Of a DNA stretch of 64,000 nt, positions 37,950 to 50,403 are shown piece after piece. The stretch lies in assembly GCF_964194155.1 (NCBI RefSeq), contig NC_135893.1, positions 65,596,001 to 65,660,000 on the forward strand, read 5' to 3'. A program made the translations under genes and the position numbers. The notes under the pieces are model-generated. The model saw only the letters and a program-made list of their open reading frames with translations. It was not told the DNA's origin and did no database searches. The stretch's first letter is position 1. Every line of letters starts with the position of its first letter. This DNA comes from Cetorhinus maximus (taxonomy: Eukaryota).

Positions 37950-38105
37950 AAGAACATAAACCCTTGACTCACTTGTCAATCAAAAATCTGTCCAATTCAG
38001 TCTTGAACACATTCAATGACCCAGCCTCCGCTGGGGAAGGGAATTCCAAACACTAACAGCCCTCTGAGAGAAGAAATTCCTCCTCATCTCAGTCTTAAAT
38101 GGGAA
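37950..38105 (-). mobile_element. CR1 3' fragment
   Basis: Encodes FKTEMRRNFFSQRAVSVWNSLP. Confidence 0.7.
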
Positions 38106-38402
38106 AACATTTTTAAAAATCTGCTTTTGGAATAACAATAAATACAAAATGTTATTGTACAAAGCAATTGAATACTTTGTCTGATAAAGGTTTAATACTT
38201 TTGTATTATACATGTAGACATCCTTAATCTCACCTAAACCAAAATCATCCACTAGTATTCAAGCAACAGCTAAAATATAGGGCCAATGTCCACAGAATAC
38301 AGATCAGCATAGTGAACCCAAACAGTAATGAGTTGACTAGAAACAATAAGCATTTATAGACAAATTTTCCTCTTCCTTACGTCAAGGAAATACTCATTTT
38401 TC

Positions 38403-38550
38403 TCTTTTTTAAATTCATTCATGGGATGTGGGCTTGGCTGGCTGGGCCAGCATTTATTGGTCATCCCTAATTGCCCTTGAGAAGGTGGTGGTGGGCTGCC
38501 TTCTTGAACTGCTGCAGTCTATGTGGTTTAGATACACCCACAGTACTTCC
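38403..38550 (-). mobile_element. 3' end of the 13191-16341 LINE family
   Basis: ttttttaaattcattcatgggatgtggg...ccagcatttattg..catccctaattgcccttgagaaggtggtggtg. Confidence 0.75.
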
Positions 38551-39025
38551 TGGATTGGGGGATGTGGGGAGGATATAGATTAGCTCCTACAGCAGACCTG
38601 CGCACTTAAATGGGGATCTAAGGAGGAGCTGGGAGCAAGATCCTGATGGCATAAAACAAATTGGTTTACCACTACCTTTTTCCAAGCCCTGCTAAGAGCA
38701 CTGGGGCTGCAGGCAATGATCATGGCTCTGGAAATCAGGGGCTTACACCTAATCCCATATGGTGCACTTTTTGGTGTGGGGGGGGGGGGGTGGCGTTGAG
38801 GGGAGGGGATGTGCATAGGGGATTGAGGAAGAAACCATTTTACAAACTGCCACAGGTCAAAATTTGAGCACTTCAGAGAAGATCCACCCACAACATTAGT
38901 CTTGCTCACAAAGACTGAGCAGCCTCAATAAAAGCCTCTGACAGCTTCTACATCTTTGTTACCTTTCAGTATTTTGCACTTTGCCTTTTTGTCTGCACAA
39001 TCATTATTTTTCCTATGCTAACTTA

Positions 39026-39668
39026 GGCCTGAATTATCCCGTCAGCGACGGGAAAATGACGCGGGATGATGACGGGAGGAACCCCCGACGTCATCTCGGT
39101 CCATTTAACTCTTTAGGAAGGCGGGCAGACAGCGAAATCAGCTGTCCGCCCGCCGACCTGTCAACGGCCAATTGAGGCCACTGACAGGGTAATTAAGATA
39201 ATTAAAGACCCTGCCCGTCCAACCTTAAGGTTGGCGGGCAGGCCAGGAGCCCCAGCGGGCTTCTGATAATACATGAAACCTCATCCACTGGCGGGATGAG
39301 GTTTCATGTCCATTTTTAAAAACTTTAATAAATTTTACGTGATATTTATTAACATGTCCCATCTCGTGTGACATTGTCACATGAGGGGGACATGTTAATA
39401 ATTTTTTTATTTTCTATTTTTTAACTTTGTAACACTTTCACTGATCTCCCTGAGACAGCACTTAGTCTCAGGGAGCAGTGTGCTCCTTTGCGTGCATGCG
39501 CGAAAGAGCGCACTTTGACAGATAGGGAATCCCTCCCCCCCAGCAGAGGAAGCGCTTCCCGTCGGGCAGGCTGAAGGGCGGGCCTTAATTGGCCCGCCCA
39601 CTTAAAATGGCAGCGGGACCTGCTTTGGTGATGGAGTTCGGCTGCCCGCCGAGGGCAAACTTCTGCCC
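39026..39668 (-). mobile_element. Harbinger-type MITE, family A
   Basis: TIRs ggcctgaattatcc / ggcaaacttctgccc with the canonical TTA TSD. Confidence 0.9.
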
Positions 39669-40649
39669 TTAGCATTTGAAGTGGCAACTAGCTTCAACAA
39701 TACAAGTTGAAACTAAAAAGGTTGAGAGGATAGGAATTATTGTGCCAATTGAAGAACATTTTGATGTAAAGACACCTCAAGCACTCTATGTGCTCAGACA
39801 AGTTTCTTAGCTATTGTGATATGGACCACAGCACTCCAAAGAGGCATGTCCAAAGAGAATCATTTCTTAATACGCTCTATTTCACTAGAATCATAGAATG
39901 ATACATAAACACAGGAAGCCATACTGTTTATCTTACCTGTACTGACTATTTGAAAGAGCTATCCAATTAGTCCCACTCCCCTTGCCCAAAGACCTGCAAA
40001 TTCTTCCCCTTCAAGCGTTTATCCAATTTCCTTCGAACCTAGCCGACCTTTCCTTTCCAATCTAGAACTGAAGTGCGACCTCAATAGAGCACTGGGAGTT
40101 TGGTGAGTTGAGGGAGCATTAAATCTCTTTCTAAATATCTAATATTGTTTGTATTTAACATTTAACAATTTACTGCAAGTACTGTTTAAATTCTAAATCT
40201 CACCCTGGGGCCCAATCAGGGAGATAGAAGCTATCCATTGGGGAGCAGCTGAAGATAGCTAATTAAGAAACTAGCTTGAACTGTTTTTCTGTACCTGGGC
40301 TCAGCTAGTGCCTTTATATCTACAGTATATAAATTCAGACATTTCAGTGTGACCTAGCACTGGAGTGCAACCTCAACAGAGTGCTGGGAGTTTTGTGAGT
40401 TGAGGGAGTTCAGTGAGGAAGGGGGGAGGTGCTCCTTTGCTTGTTCTAACTTTTTCACCCTGTAGGAACTAGTTCTTGCTCTACTACAGGGGATGAAGTT
40501 AGCTGTTTGGTGAATATCTGGTAAGTATCTGGTGAGTGGTTAAGGTCTATTCTATTCCTAAGGTTTAAAATAGTACAGAAATTTGTGGTAGGATTAATAG
40601 AATACATAAAATAAATAATTAAGTAGTTAATTAAAACACATAAGGGTAT

Positions 40650-41548
40650 GATCCAGGGCAAGCACATTTGCAGTAAGTGTCTGTGGCTCGAGGAGCTTCA
40701 GCTCAGGGTCATTGAGCTGGAAGCCGAGCTGCAGATACTGCAACACATCAGGGAGGGGGGAATGTTGCCTGGACACTTTGTACCAGGAGGCGGTCACACC
40801 CCTTAGGATAGAGTCTTCTGATTTGGAAGGTGGTCAGACACAGGAGGGTGTGACTGCAACTGAGGCAGGTAAGGGGACCCAGAGGGCAGGAGTGCAGAAG
40901 TATCAGCCTCTGCAATTGTCCAACAGGGCTGAGGTTCTTTCAGCTTGCTTGGATGAGAGTGGGGGCTGCACAGTGGGTGAGCTGACTGACCATGGCACCG
41001 TGGTACAGGAAACCATTCAAGTGGGGAGAGCAAGAAGGAATGTGGTGGTAGTAGGGGACAGTGTAGAGAGGGGGATTGACACTGTTCTCTGCAGCAAAGA
41101 ATGAGAGTACAGACAGCTGTGTTGCCTACCCGGTGCTAGGGTTCGAGACATTTGCTCAGGGCCGGAGAGGAACTTGCAATGGGAGGGGGAGGATCCAGTT
41201 GTCGTGGTCCATGCAGGTACCGACGACATAGGCAGGACGAGGAAGGACGTTCTGCATAGTCAATGTGAGGAGCTAGGCACCAAATTAAGAAGCAGAACCT
41301 TAAAGGTAATAATCTCAGGATTATTACCTGACCCATGTGCAAATTGGCATAGGGCAAATAAGATTAGAGAAATGAATGCATGGCTCAAAGACTGGCGTGT
41401 AAGTAGTGGGTTTCAGTTTGTGGGGCACTGGCAACTGTACTGGGGAAAGTGGGGGTTGTACTGTTGGGATGGTCTACACCCGAACATTGCTGGGACCAGT
41501 GTTCTAGCAAGCCGTGTAATCAGGGAAGTAGAAAGGGCTTTAAGCTAA
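40650..41548 (+). pseudogene. CR1 ORF1 with SGNH/GDSL esterase domain
   Basis: HICSKCLWLEELQLRVIELEAEL; VVVVGDS; CCLPGARVRD; VVVHAGTDD; DGLHPN; contains a stop and a frameshift. Confidence 0.85.
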
Positions 41549-41704
41549 ACAAGGGGTGAGAGATCAAGCTTGGGTAGATGTTGCAAATCAAGGGATAGTG
41601 TCAAGGGAGGAGAGAAAAATAGTAATATGGGAAGTGAGGGTCAGAGAATGGCAGGAAAGGACAGAGAGAAAAAAACCTAAGAATACACCAACAGTCAAGG
41701 CTAG

Positions 41705-41830
41705 GGGCTGAATTTTATGGCCCCCGTCGTGGTGGGGGAGGGGCTGTAAAATGCAGAAAGCTGTTCAAAAGTCCAGACTTCAGCAGGATCGAAAAATCTC
41801 GCTGATGGGAGGGGCAGTAAAATTCCACCC
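41705..41830. mobile_element. 126-bp Harbinger-type mini-MITE
   Basis: ~20-bp TIRs gggctgaattttatggcccc / ggggcagtaaaattccaccc; inserted between CR1 ORF1 and ORF2; TSD imperfect. Confidence 0.75.
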
Positions 41831-42450
41831 TCAATGTTACAGACATAACAAAAAGACAAAACTAAAGGCTCTGTATCTGAATGCGCGCTGCATTCATAAC
41901 AAAGTAAATTAATTGATAGTGCACATTGAAGTAAATAAATATGATTTGATAGCCATTATGGACACGAAGCTGCAGAATGACAAGGATTGAGTCTTGAATG
42001 TTGAGGGGTATATGACATTCATGAAGAATAGGAAGCTAGGTAAAGGTGGAGGAGTAGCACTGTTAATCAAGGATGGCATTGGTGCAATAGCTAGAGATTA
42101 CCTTGGTTCAGGAGATCAGAATGTAGAATCAGTTTGGGTGGAGATTAGGAATAGTAGGGGAAAGAAGTCATGAGTGGGAGTGGTCTACGGGCTGTAACCC
42201 CGAACTGTATACACAATGTATGCCAAATTGTACAAGGAGAAATATTGGGTGCCTGTAAAAAAGGGTCGGCAATAATCATGGGTGATTTTAATCTACATAT
42301 AAATTGGAAAAATCAGACTGTCAGTAGTAGACTGGATGAGGAGTTCATAGAATGCTTCTGAGATAGTTTCTTAGAGCAGCACGTTCTGGAACCAACCAGA
42401 GAGCAGGTTATATTAGACTTGGTATTGTGTAATGTGACAGGATTAATTAA

Positions 42451-42803
42451 TTTTTTTTTATTCATTCATGGGATGTGGACATCACTGGCCAGCATTTATT
42501 GCCCATCCCTAATTGCCCTTGTTCAGAGGGCATTTTAAAAGCCAACCACATTGCTGTGGGTCTGGAGTCACGTGTAGGCCAGACCAGGTAAGGACGGCAG
42601 ATTTCCTTCCCTAAAGGACATTAGTGAACCAGCTGGGCTTTTACAACAATCGACAATGGTTTCATGGTCATCATTAGACTTTTATTGAATTCAAATTCCA
42701 CGATCTGCCATGGCAGAATTCGAACCCGGGTCTCCAGAGCATTACCCTGGGCCTCGGGATTACTAGTCCAGCGACAGTACCACTAGGCCATCGCCTCTCC
42801 CCG
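42451..42803 (-). mobile_element. tRNA-derived SINE (same family as 19682-19998), nested in CR1 ORF2
   Basis: Minus strand: A box tggcctagtgg, B box ggttcgaattc, junction gccctctgaa|caagggcaattagg, A tail. Confidence 0.85.
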
Positions 42804-43469
42804 TCAGAATAAAGGCACCCCTAGGTAGCAGCAACTACAATATGATTGAATTTTGCATCCAGTTTGAAAGGGAGAAGTGTGGGTCTAAGACTAGCATTTT
42901 AAACCTGAATAAGAGCTACTATGTGGGCACAAAAGCTGAGCTAGCTGCAGAGAACTGGGATACTAGGCTAGAGGATAGATTAATAGAGAAGCAGTAGCAG
43001 AATTTAAGGGGATATTTCACAATACTCAGAATAAGTATATTCCTACTATAAAGAAAAATTCTAATTTTTTTAAGAACAAGGGACAAAGCTTCCATTGGGT
43101 GTCAAGGTTCCTTTGAAATGTAAAGCAGTAGACAGAGCTTTTCATGTCACACCCATGGGCAGATGGTTCAAGAAGAGGATTTTCCATCACCTTCTCAGGG
43201 TAACTGGCAAAGAGCAATAAATCTTGCCAAGAACGAAGTATTGCCAAAATTATTCCCTTTGTTTTTTTTTGTTTTTTAACTTAGTCCCTATCTGCTTATG
43301 CTCCCTCAGCAGAGACTCTTTCTTTGTCCTACCTATGCCCCTGGTACCCACATGGAACAAGACAACTGGATCCTTCTCCCACTTGACTGCCAACAACACA
43401 CAATAGAAATATATTAACTTGCAATGTTTTATTGTTTTAAAAGATTTTTACACCACACAAAGCAGGTCA

Positions 43470-43670
43470 TTGAGTGTCATTTAATTGCGTGTGTCCCTCC
43501 ACCCCATCACAGATCTTTCCCCTTAGTTCTTTCCTCCACTTCCCCACCCCACCTTTAACTTTGTCCCTGGCTGAATACAAAACTGAAACATTAACTCTGT
43601 TTCTCTCTCCTAATATACTGCCTGACCTGCACAGTATTTCTAGTATTTTCCGCTTGTTTTTCATTTTTCT
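43470..43670 (+). mobile_element. Degenerate Penelope terminal-repeat fragment
   Basis: tgtcatttaat...ccccatcacaga...ctgaaacattaactctgtttctctctcc...cctgacctgc..agtatttctagtattttc; parallels 57670-57858. Confidence 0.6.
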
Positions 43671-44179
43671 GTGTATTTGAACATATTTTATTATGTCCCA
43701 TATTAAGTACTTTAGAGATGAACAATTTATTTCAAATTTTTTGTTTTAGGTTTCAATTTTTTAATTTCAATTTGCCCAAGAGGCAGTCCGACTCCTGCAA
43801 ATTGAATATTAGGGCAACATCACTTCATAAACCAGCAGCACGGCCCAAAGAGATATGTGTATGAGATAGAGACTTTAACTTGGAATTTGCTACCCTAATG
43901 TGTTTTCTGCCTCTGAAGTGATGACGCTCCTTTATTAAAGTTATATTAGATCCTGTAGGATCCTGTACAAGACTATCGAAAGAAGATAATGTTGATTCTG
44001 GGTTTTCTGTGCTGATCTAGCTTATCATAGCCAGGACATAAAGTTACAGAAGTGTTAAAGATATAGTTAAAGGAATTGAGGAGGTAAACTGGAATATCAT
44101 TTTAAATGGCAGAAAGCAGACAAGCAGACTTAGATTCAAGCTAACAATATGGACTCTTGAGCAACCCAATTTTCATCCC

Positions 44180-44410
44180 AGGCGGCCTTGCCTACAGTTG
44201 CCTCGCCCGAAGCTCTGAAATTCCCTCCTTAAATCTCTCAATTTCTCTCCTCCTTTAAGATGCTGCTGAAAATCTACCTCTTTGAAAAGTTCTAATTCAC
44301 CTATTATGATATCTCCCCATGCAACTAGTTGTCAAACTATGGTTGATAATGCTCCTGTGAAGCACTTTGAGATATTTTGCTGCATGAAAGGCATTATACA
44401 CACTAGTTGT
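44180..44410 (+). mobile_element. L2 3' end
   Basis: aagctctgaaattccctcc.taaa...ctcctgtgaagcactttg. Confidence 0.65.
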
Positions 44411-45239
44411 TGGAGTGAGTGAAAAAGGAGTTTGGGGGCTCTTTTGCAGAGTGTCCATTAACAATCCCTATAAGGGCAGATTAGGCTGGTCAGAGCCTGG
44501 TACAAAATGGGCATAACCTCTTTTGCACATGTTCCACTCATTTATACGAACATACAAATTATCGGCCCCTCCAGCCTGCTCTGCCATTCAATAAGATCAT
44601 GGCTGATGTGATGGCGGCCTTAACTCCACATTCTGCCTAGCCCCCGATAGATTCTTGACTAACAAGGGAGTCAGAGGTTATCTACCTCTGCCTTATAAAC
44701 ATTCAATGACTTGCCACCCCTACCAGGAAACTTTGACAGAATTCTGCGCGCAACAATGTTAACTTGAACTCATTTGCGAAATTCTGTGTTCTAAAGCGAT
44801 TTTTAAATGATCAGTTGAAATCTGAAAGTAATCAAGTGAAGGAGCTGACCTGAAACCACATCAACTGCGAACATTTATTTGCTTGCAACCATAGAAACCA
44901 CATCAATTCCAAACAGCAACTGTTCACCTGACATCATTGGTGTTAAACCCTCATGGATCAGTGATCGGCTAGCTCCAAAGTGTGCTCACAGCAAGTGCTG
45001 GCCTGTTTAAGCACTCACAGATTGAATGTTGTTAGAAATTAACTAAATCCCTAGAGCTAGCTGCAGCATAGATATAAATTGTTGTTGTAAATTAACTAGT
45101 CCCTCATGCAGCCCGCACACACACAGACACACAAACAAACACACACACCCCTGAATTTAAAGACAGCTGAACTACTTCTGTGTTTAGAATTAAAACATTT
45201 CAGACAGAGGTACCAGATATGGACTAGTATCAAGCCTAG

Positions 45240-46540
45240 TGGGGCAACTCACTGCCACCACCCACCACCACCCCCCACACCGCCCCAATTCTCCGATGCT
45301 CAACCCCACCCAAAACCCCCATCTAATCCTTCAACCCCATCCTAGCCACCATCCCCTACCCACCACCCTTACACCAAACTCCCTCTACCCCCCCGCATCC
45401 CACAGCCCACCCCCTCTATCCCACACCCCCGTCCTAGCCCCCACCCCCGTACCACACAAATGCCCAAAACCTACCACCCACTGCCCCGACCATGTTTCCT
45501 CAGCCCCCTCCTACCACCGACACCCCCAGTGCCCACCCCTCTACACCCCAATGTGCCAGCTACCCCACCCTCCTCTACACCATCCACCCCCCATAACAGC
45601 CCCCCAGCCTCTCTACTCCCTACCAGCACCCCAACACCCTCTACACCTCCCCAGCACCCCCACCTCCTCTACACCACCTCCACAGTCCCCCACCAACCCC
45701 CTCCACAAGCAGACCAACACCCACCCACCCTCTCCACAACCAGCCCCCCACTCCCCCACCCCCCAACAACCATGGCCCACCCCCTCAACAACTAGACTCC
45801 ACCCCCCTCAACAACCAGCCACCAAGCCCTCCAGCCCCACTTGAAAACCAGTCATCAAGCACTCTAACCCCTCAACAACCGACAACCACACCCCTAATCC
45901 CCATCCCCTGACAATCACCCTCCAACCCCTAATCAACCACCCCCCGCTCCCCCAACCCCCTGACAACCACACCCAGCCGCCCACCCCCAACAACCAGCTC
46001 CCTCGACAACCACCCCCCTAGCACCCCCAACCCCCAACAGGTAGCACCCCAGTCCCCAGACCCCAACCACCCCCCAGCCCTCCACTTCCCCGACAACCAC
46101 TCTCCCTCCAACAACCACACCACTGCCCCCACCCCCAACAACCGACAACCAGCTCCCGACCCCCACCCCTACGACAAGCACCCCCCAGCCCCCACTCCTA
46201 CGACAAGCACCCCCCAGCCCCCACTCCTACGACAAGCACCCCCAAGCCCCCACCCCTACAACAAGCACCCCCCAGCCCCCACCCCTACGACAAGCACCCC
46301 CCAGCCCCCACCCCTACAACAAGCACCCCCCAACAACCACTCTCCAGCCCAACAACCCAGTCCCTGACAACCACACCTCCGCTCCCCAATCCCCACAACC
46401 ACCCTCCCAACCCTACAATGAACCCCCCAGCCCCACAACCACCACCCCAGCCCCACAACCATCCCCCCCGCCCCACAACCACCCCCACCCCCCCTCCCCC
46501 ACCCCCCCGCCCCCCCAACCACCTCCCCCACCTCTCAATC
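45240..46540 (+). repeat. C/A-rich low-complexity tract containing a 29-bp minisatellite (~46160-46330, ~6 units)
   Basis: Unit cccccac(c/t)cctac(g/a)acaagcaccccccag. Confidence 0.85.
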
Positions 46541-47635
46541 CCGAGAGAGAGAGAGAGGAGAGAGGGAGAGGGATAGAGAGGGGGAGGGGGCAGAGAGAGA
46601 GACAGAGAGAGAGGAGGGAACGGTAGAGAGAGGGAGAGGGAGGGGTAAAGAGAGATAGAGAGGGAGGGATGGGAGGTAGAGAGAAAGAAAGAGAGAGAGG
46701 GGGGAGGGAAGGAGCGGGTAGATAGAGAGGGAGGGAGGGGTAGAAAGAGGAGGGATGGAGGGGTACAGAGAGAGGGGAGGAGGGGTAGCGAGAGAGAGAG
46801 TGAGAGTTATAGACAGAGGGAGAGGGAGGGAACAGTATAGAGAGAGGCAGAGAAGTAGAGGGAGGGTGGGAGGGACGGAGGTGTAGAGAGGGAGGGAGGG
46901 AGGGAAGAAGGGGTGGATATGGTGAGGGGAAGGGAAGGTTGGGTGGAGAGGGAGGGATGGAGGAAGCGGTATAGAGAGAGAGCTGGAGGGAGGGGTACAT
47001 AGAGAGAGAAAGAGAGAGAGGGGGTGGGAGGGAGGGATATAGAAAGAAAGAATGAGGGATGGGTATTGAGAGAAAGAGAGGGGTATAGAGAGAGAGGGTG
47101 GGGTATAGATAGAGAGGGAGGCAGGCAGGAAGTGCTATAGGGAGACAGGGGAGGGAGGGAGGGAGGGGTATAAAGAGAGAGGGGGAGGAAGGGGTAGAGA
47201 GGGAGGGAGGGATATAGAGAGAGAGGGAGGGAGGGAAGGCTATAGAGAGATAGGGAGGGGTAGAGAGGGATTGGGAGGGAGAGGTACAGAGAGAGAGATA
47301 GGGAGGAGTATAGAGAGAGAGAGATGAAGGGGTATAGCAAGAGAGACGAAGGGGTATAGAGAGAGTGGGAGTAAGAAGGGAGCAGTATAGAGAGAGAGAG
47401 AGATAGATAGAGAGAGTGAGGGAGGGGTATAAAGAGTGAGAGGGAGGGAGCGGTAGAGAGAGAGGGAGGGGTATAGAGAGAGGGAGAGGTATAGAGATAG
47501 AGAGGGACGGAGGGAAGGAGGGATGGAGGGAGGGGTCAAGAGGGAGGGAAGGAGGAGTGGAGAAGGAGGGAGAGGTAGAGAGGAGGGAGAGAGAGTGAGG
47601 GAGGGAGAGGTAGAGAAGGAGGGAGGGTAGGAGGG
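46541..47635 (+). repeat. Polypurine (GA/GGA-rich) low-complexity tract
   Basis: ~1.1 kb almost entirely G/A with recurring ggggtatagagagagagggag motifs. Confidence 0.9.
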
Positions 47636-47902
47636 CTGTAGGCTGACTCACAGTCCCCTGTAGGTACAATTTCAGCAGGCTCGAGGGGAAGCAGAAGGGT
47701 CCAGGCCATCAGCGCTGGGTGCTGGGTGTTGCTGGCTTACGGCAAAGGAAGTGGGATCTGGGAAGAGCTGGGGCAGGTTGGGTGTACCACAAGGTTGTTG
47801 CCATGCATTGGGCAATATATTGTTTTCTTTAAATTTTTTTATTCGCATTATATTTTTACCTTTTTCTGATCTTTCACTTTCAGGCATAAAGCTGGGATGT
47901 GT

Positions 47903-48122
47903 AGTTTTATTGGGCAGGCACAGCCTGGATGTGGGAGAGGACCCCTCCCTAGGCTATGGGGACTCCTCCCGGCTGCTTGTTGAGCTCCTATCATTGCTGA
48001 TGATGAGCTGCAGGTGGTGGAGACTGATGCCAGGCCTCATTGTTGTCCCAGGCCTTATTGCCCGCCAGCTCCTGGATCTCGGCGATCAGGTACTCAAGAA
48101 CAGCGGCCAAGTAGACAGGAGC
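47903..48122 (-). pseudogene. H2A: Histone H2A pseudogene fragment (C-terminal half of the histone fold and docking domain)
   Basis: Minus-strand translation with frameshifts: [70 protein letters not shown]. Canonical H2A: [74 protein letters not shown]. Confidence 0.92.
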
Positions 48123-48305
48123 TGTTAGGAAGGGAGTTCCAGGATTTTGACACAGAGACAGTGAAGGAATGGCGAGTTAGGATGGTGTGTGGTTTGGAGA
48201 AGAGCTTGCAAGTGGCGGTGTTTCCATTTATCTGCTGCCCTGTCCTTCTAGGTGGCAGAGGTTGCGTGTTTGGAAGGTGCTGTCGCAGAGCCTTGATAAG
48301 TTGCT
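48123..48305 (-). mobile_element. Fragment of the 13191-16341 LINE family abutting the H2A pseudogene
   Basis: tgttaggaagggagttccaggattttgac...gtttggaaggtgctgtc matches 13327-13520. Confidence 0.8.
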
Positions 48306-48734
48306 AGCCTTTTTATTTCGTTATATACTTTAAAATTTAATTCCACTGCACTGTTAATGCTCAATGGTGCCACGTTTACTTTGTTACTTACAATGTTGAC
48401 TATTTCTTTACCGCACAACCTCCCCCATCCCAGGCCCTTGTTTTTTCCCCAGAGTTGGTGAAGGCCTATGTTCCCTTGCATTCCCAAGTACTTCAAATTA
48501 CTAATGATCGCCTCCAAACACAGATTGCTTCTACAACCTTGACAAGCACCAATGTCTCTCGCGTTTTTGAGTGCTTTTAATGAATCCTATAGTGCAGGAT
48601 CATGTTTTTGAGAGCTTCAATACTAATTCCAAATTACACCATTTGAAGTCAGATCAGTAGTGATTGCTTACCAACTTCTATAAACGCTGAATCGATGTCA
48701 GATTTTTCAGGTAGGGTCCACTGTTCTCGGGGGA

Positions 48735-49270
48735 AGCGAGTTCCAAACACACTCAACCCTCTAAGAAAAAAAATTCTAATTTCCGACTTAAATGGGAGAC
48801 TCTTTATTTTTAAACTATCCTCTAGATCTAGTCTCTCTCACACGTCCTTTCAGCATCCACCCTGTCAAGTCCCCTCAGGACTTTATATGTTTCAATAAGA
48901 TCCTCTCTTATTCTCCTAAACTCCAAAGGATATAGGCCCAAACTGTCCAACCTTTCCTCATAAGATAACCACCCCTACCATCCCAAGGATCAGTCAAGTG
49001 AACTTTCTCTGAACTGCATTTATATCCTTTCTTAAATAAGGAGACCAAAACTACACAGGACTGTAAATGTGGTCTCACCAATGCTCTGCACAACTGTAGC
49101 AAAACATCCCTAATACTATAACCCATTCCCCTTGCAATAAATGACAACATTCCATGTGCCTTCATAATCACTTGCTGTACCTGCATTCTAACTTTTTGTG
49201 ATCCCTCTGTACCTCAGAGTTCTGCAATCTCTTCCCATTTAAATAACATGCTGCTTTTCTATTCCTCCTG
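48735..49270 (-). mobile_element. CR1 RT C-terminal fragment
   Basis: QVQQVIMKAHGMLSFIARGMGYSIRDVLLQLCRALVRPHLQSCV. Confidence 0.85.
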
Positions 49271-50403
49271 TTCCTCAAAATTGTAATCAGGACCCTGAAA
49301 GGCATAAGAATCTAGTTTATATATTTAAAAGCCTCCCCATTGAAACTGGTGGGCATACTGCGCACCTTGTACAGGCCACTTGAAACTGCAGCTTGGGTGC
49401 CCAAGGAGTAGATATGGTTCCCCCACCAACTAAAACCCAACTTTTCTCCACAGGTCATTTATTTTTGAGTTGAAAAATCATCCCAACATGAGAAAGTGTA
49501 TCGATGACTTTATTTTGTCCTCTCCTCCAAAATCAAGGTGTAGTTCTCTTTCATCTCGATGTAGGTTAGGGACCTAACTGAGAACTGATGGATTCCATCT
49601 CAATTGTTGCAACTGAGATTTTAATGAGAGTTCAGTGTTATGAAGTTATATTACCAGTACCAAAACAAAGGTAGCAATCTTCCTCAAGCATAGCTGGTTA
49701 TGTGGAATGTCATTCATATCCCTTCCTGATTAACATCCTTCAAAGCTGAATCTTCAACAACTGAGACATTAAGTTCACCACCCAGGATTTCCCACACTGT
49801 CTTGAGTCTGTGCAATGTAAATGTCCGTACGGTTTATGTTGTGACATAAAGTATTCCACAATGTCCCACCATTACGTAAAAATAACAGTAATTCAAATGC
49901 AGGGCATTTATTCATCAATGTTTTAATGCAAATTGAACTGACAGTGACTGGCATTTAATAATAAATGTTTACTCATTCAACCTTTTTCAAAACACCTAGC
50001 GTTTTACCTTGAAATTTGTTGAAACCAAATACTCTGTAAATATTTTCTGGTCCCCAGAGAGATTCTAGTCAATCAAAGAACATTGCATCATGAAAAATGA
50101 CTCTCCATGTGGACAGCCTCAGGCCCTGAACAACTGCTGATATTTAGAACAACATCACATGATGCTAACTGAAGTAGGCCACATTCTGCAACTTCACACT
50201 AAATGACATGACCTACTTCTGCATTTCCACCCTCCACTTCTATTTCATCACTTCACTAAAGTATTATTTCCCCGATTCATTGGTATGTTCTGGCTCTTCT
50301 CATTATATATAAGAGAGGTTGTATTTCTTTTGTTGGTGTCAGTTGAAGTTACAGCATCCCTCTTGGATTTATTTAAAAGTTATTCAAAATATGAGACATA
50401 TGC

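Larger units (their letters stand above)
40040..43075 (+). mobile_element. CR1 LINE with 5' UTR, ORF1 and endonuclease part of ORF2, truncated before RT
   Basis: ORF1 zinc-finger/coiled-coil and esterase motifs; ORF2 start KLKALYLNARCIHNK, IIMGDFNLHINW, FLEQHVLEPTRE; nested MITE and SINE. Confidence 0.9.

Noticed and set aside
46160-46330. CRISPR-like 29-bp repeats
   Set aside because: Head-to-tail minisatellite with no unique spacers, in eukaryotic DNA with no cas genes
45106-46531. Multiple Pro-rich or Gly/Trp-rich ORFs
   Set aside because: Artefacts of the C-rich tract; the same applies to 1013-1727, 29005-29854 and 62626-62964
46413-47669. 418-aa ORF rich in S/L/P/Y
   Set aside because: It is the translation of a CT-rich low-complexity tract that simply lacks stop codons
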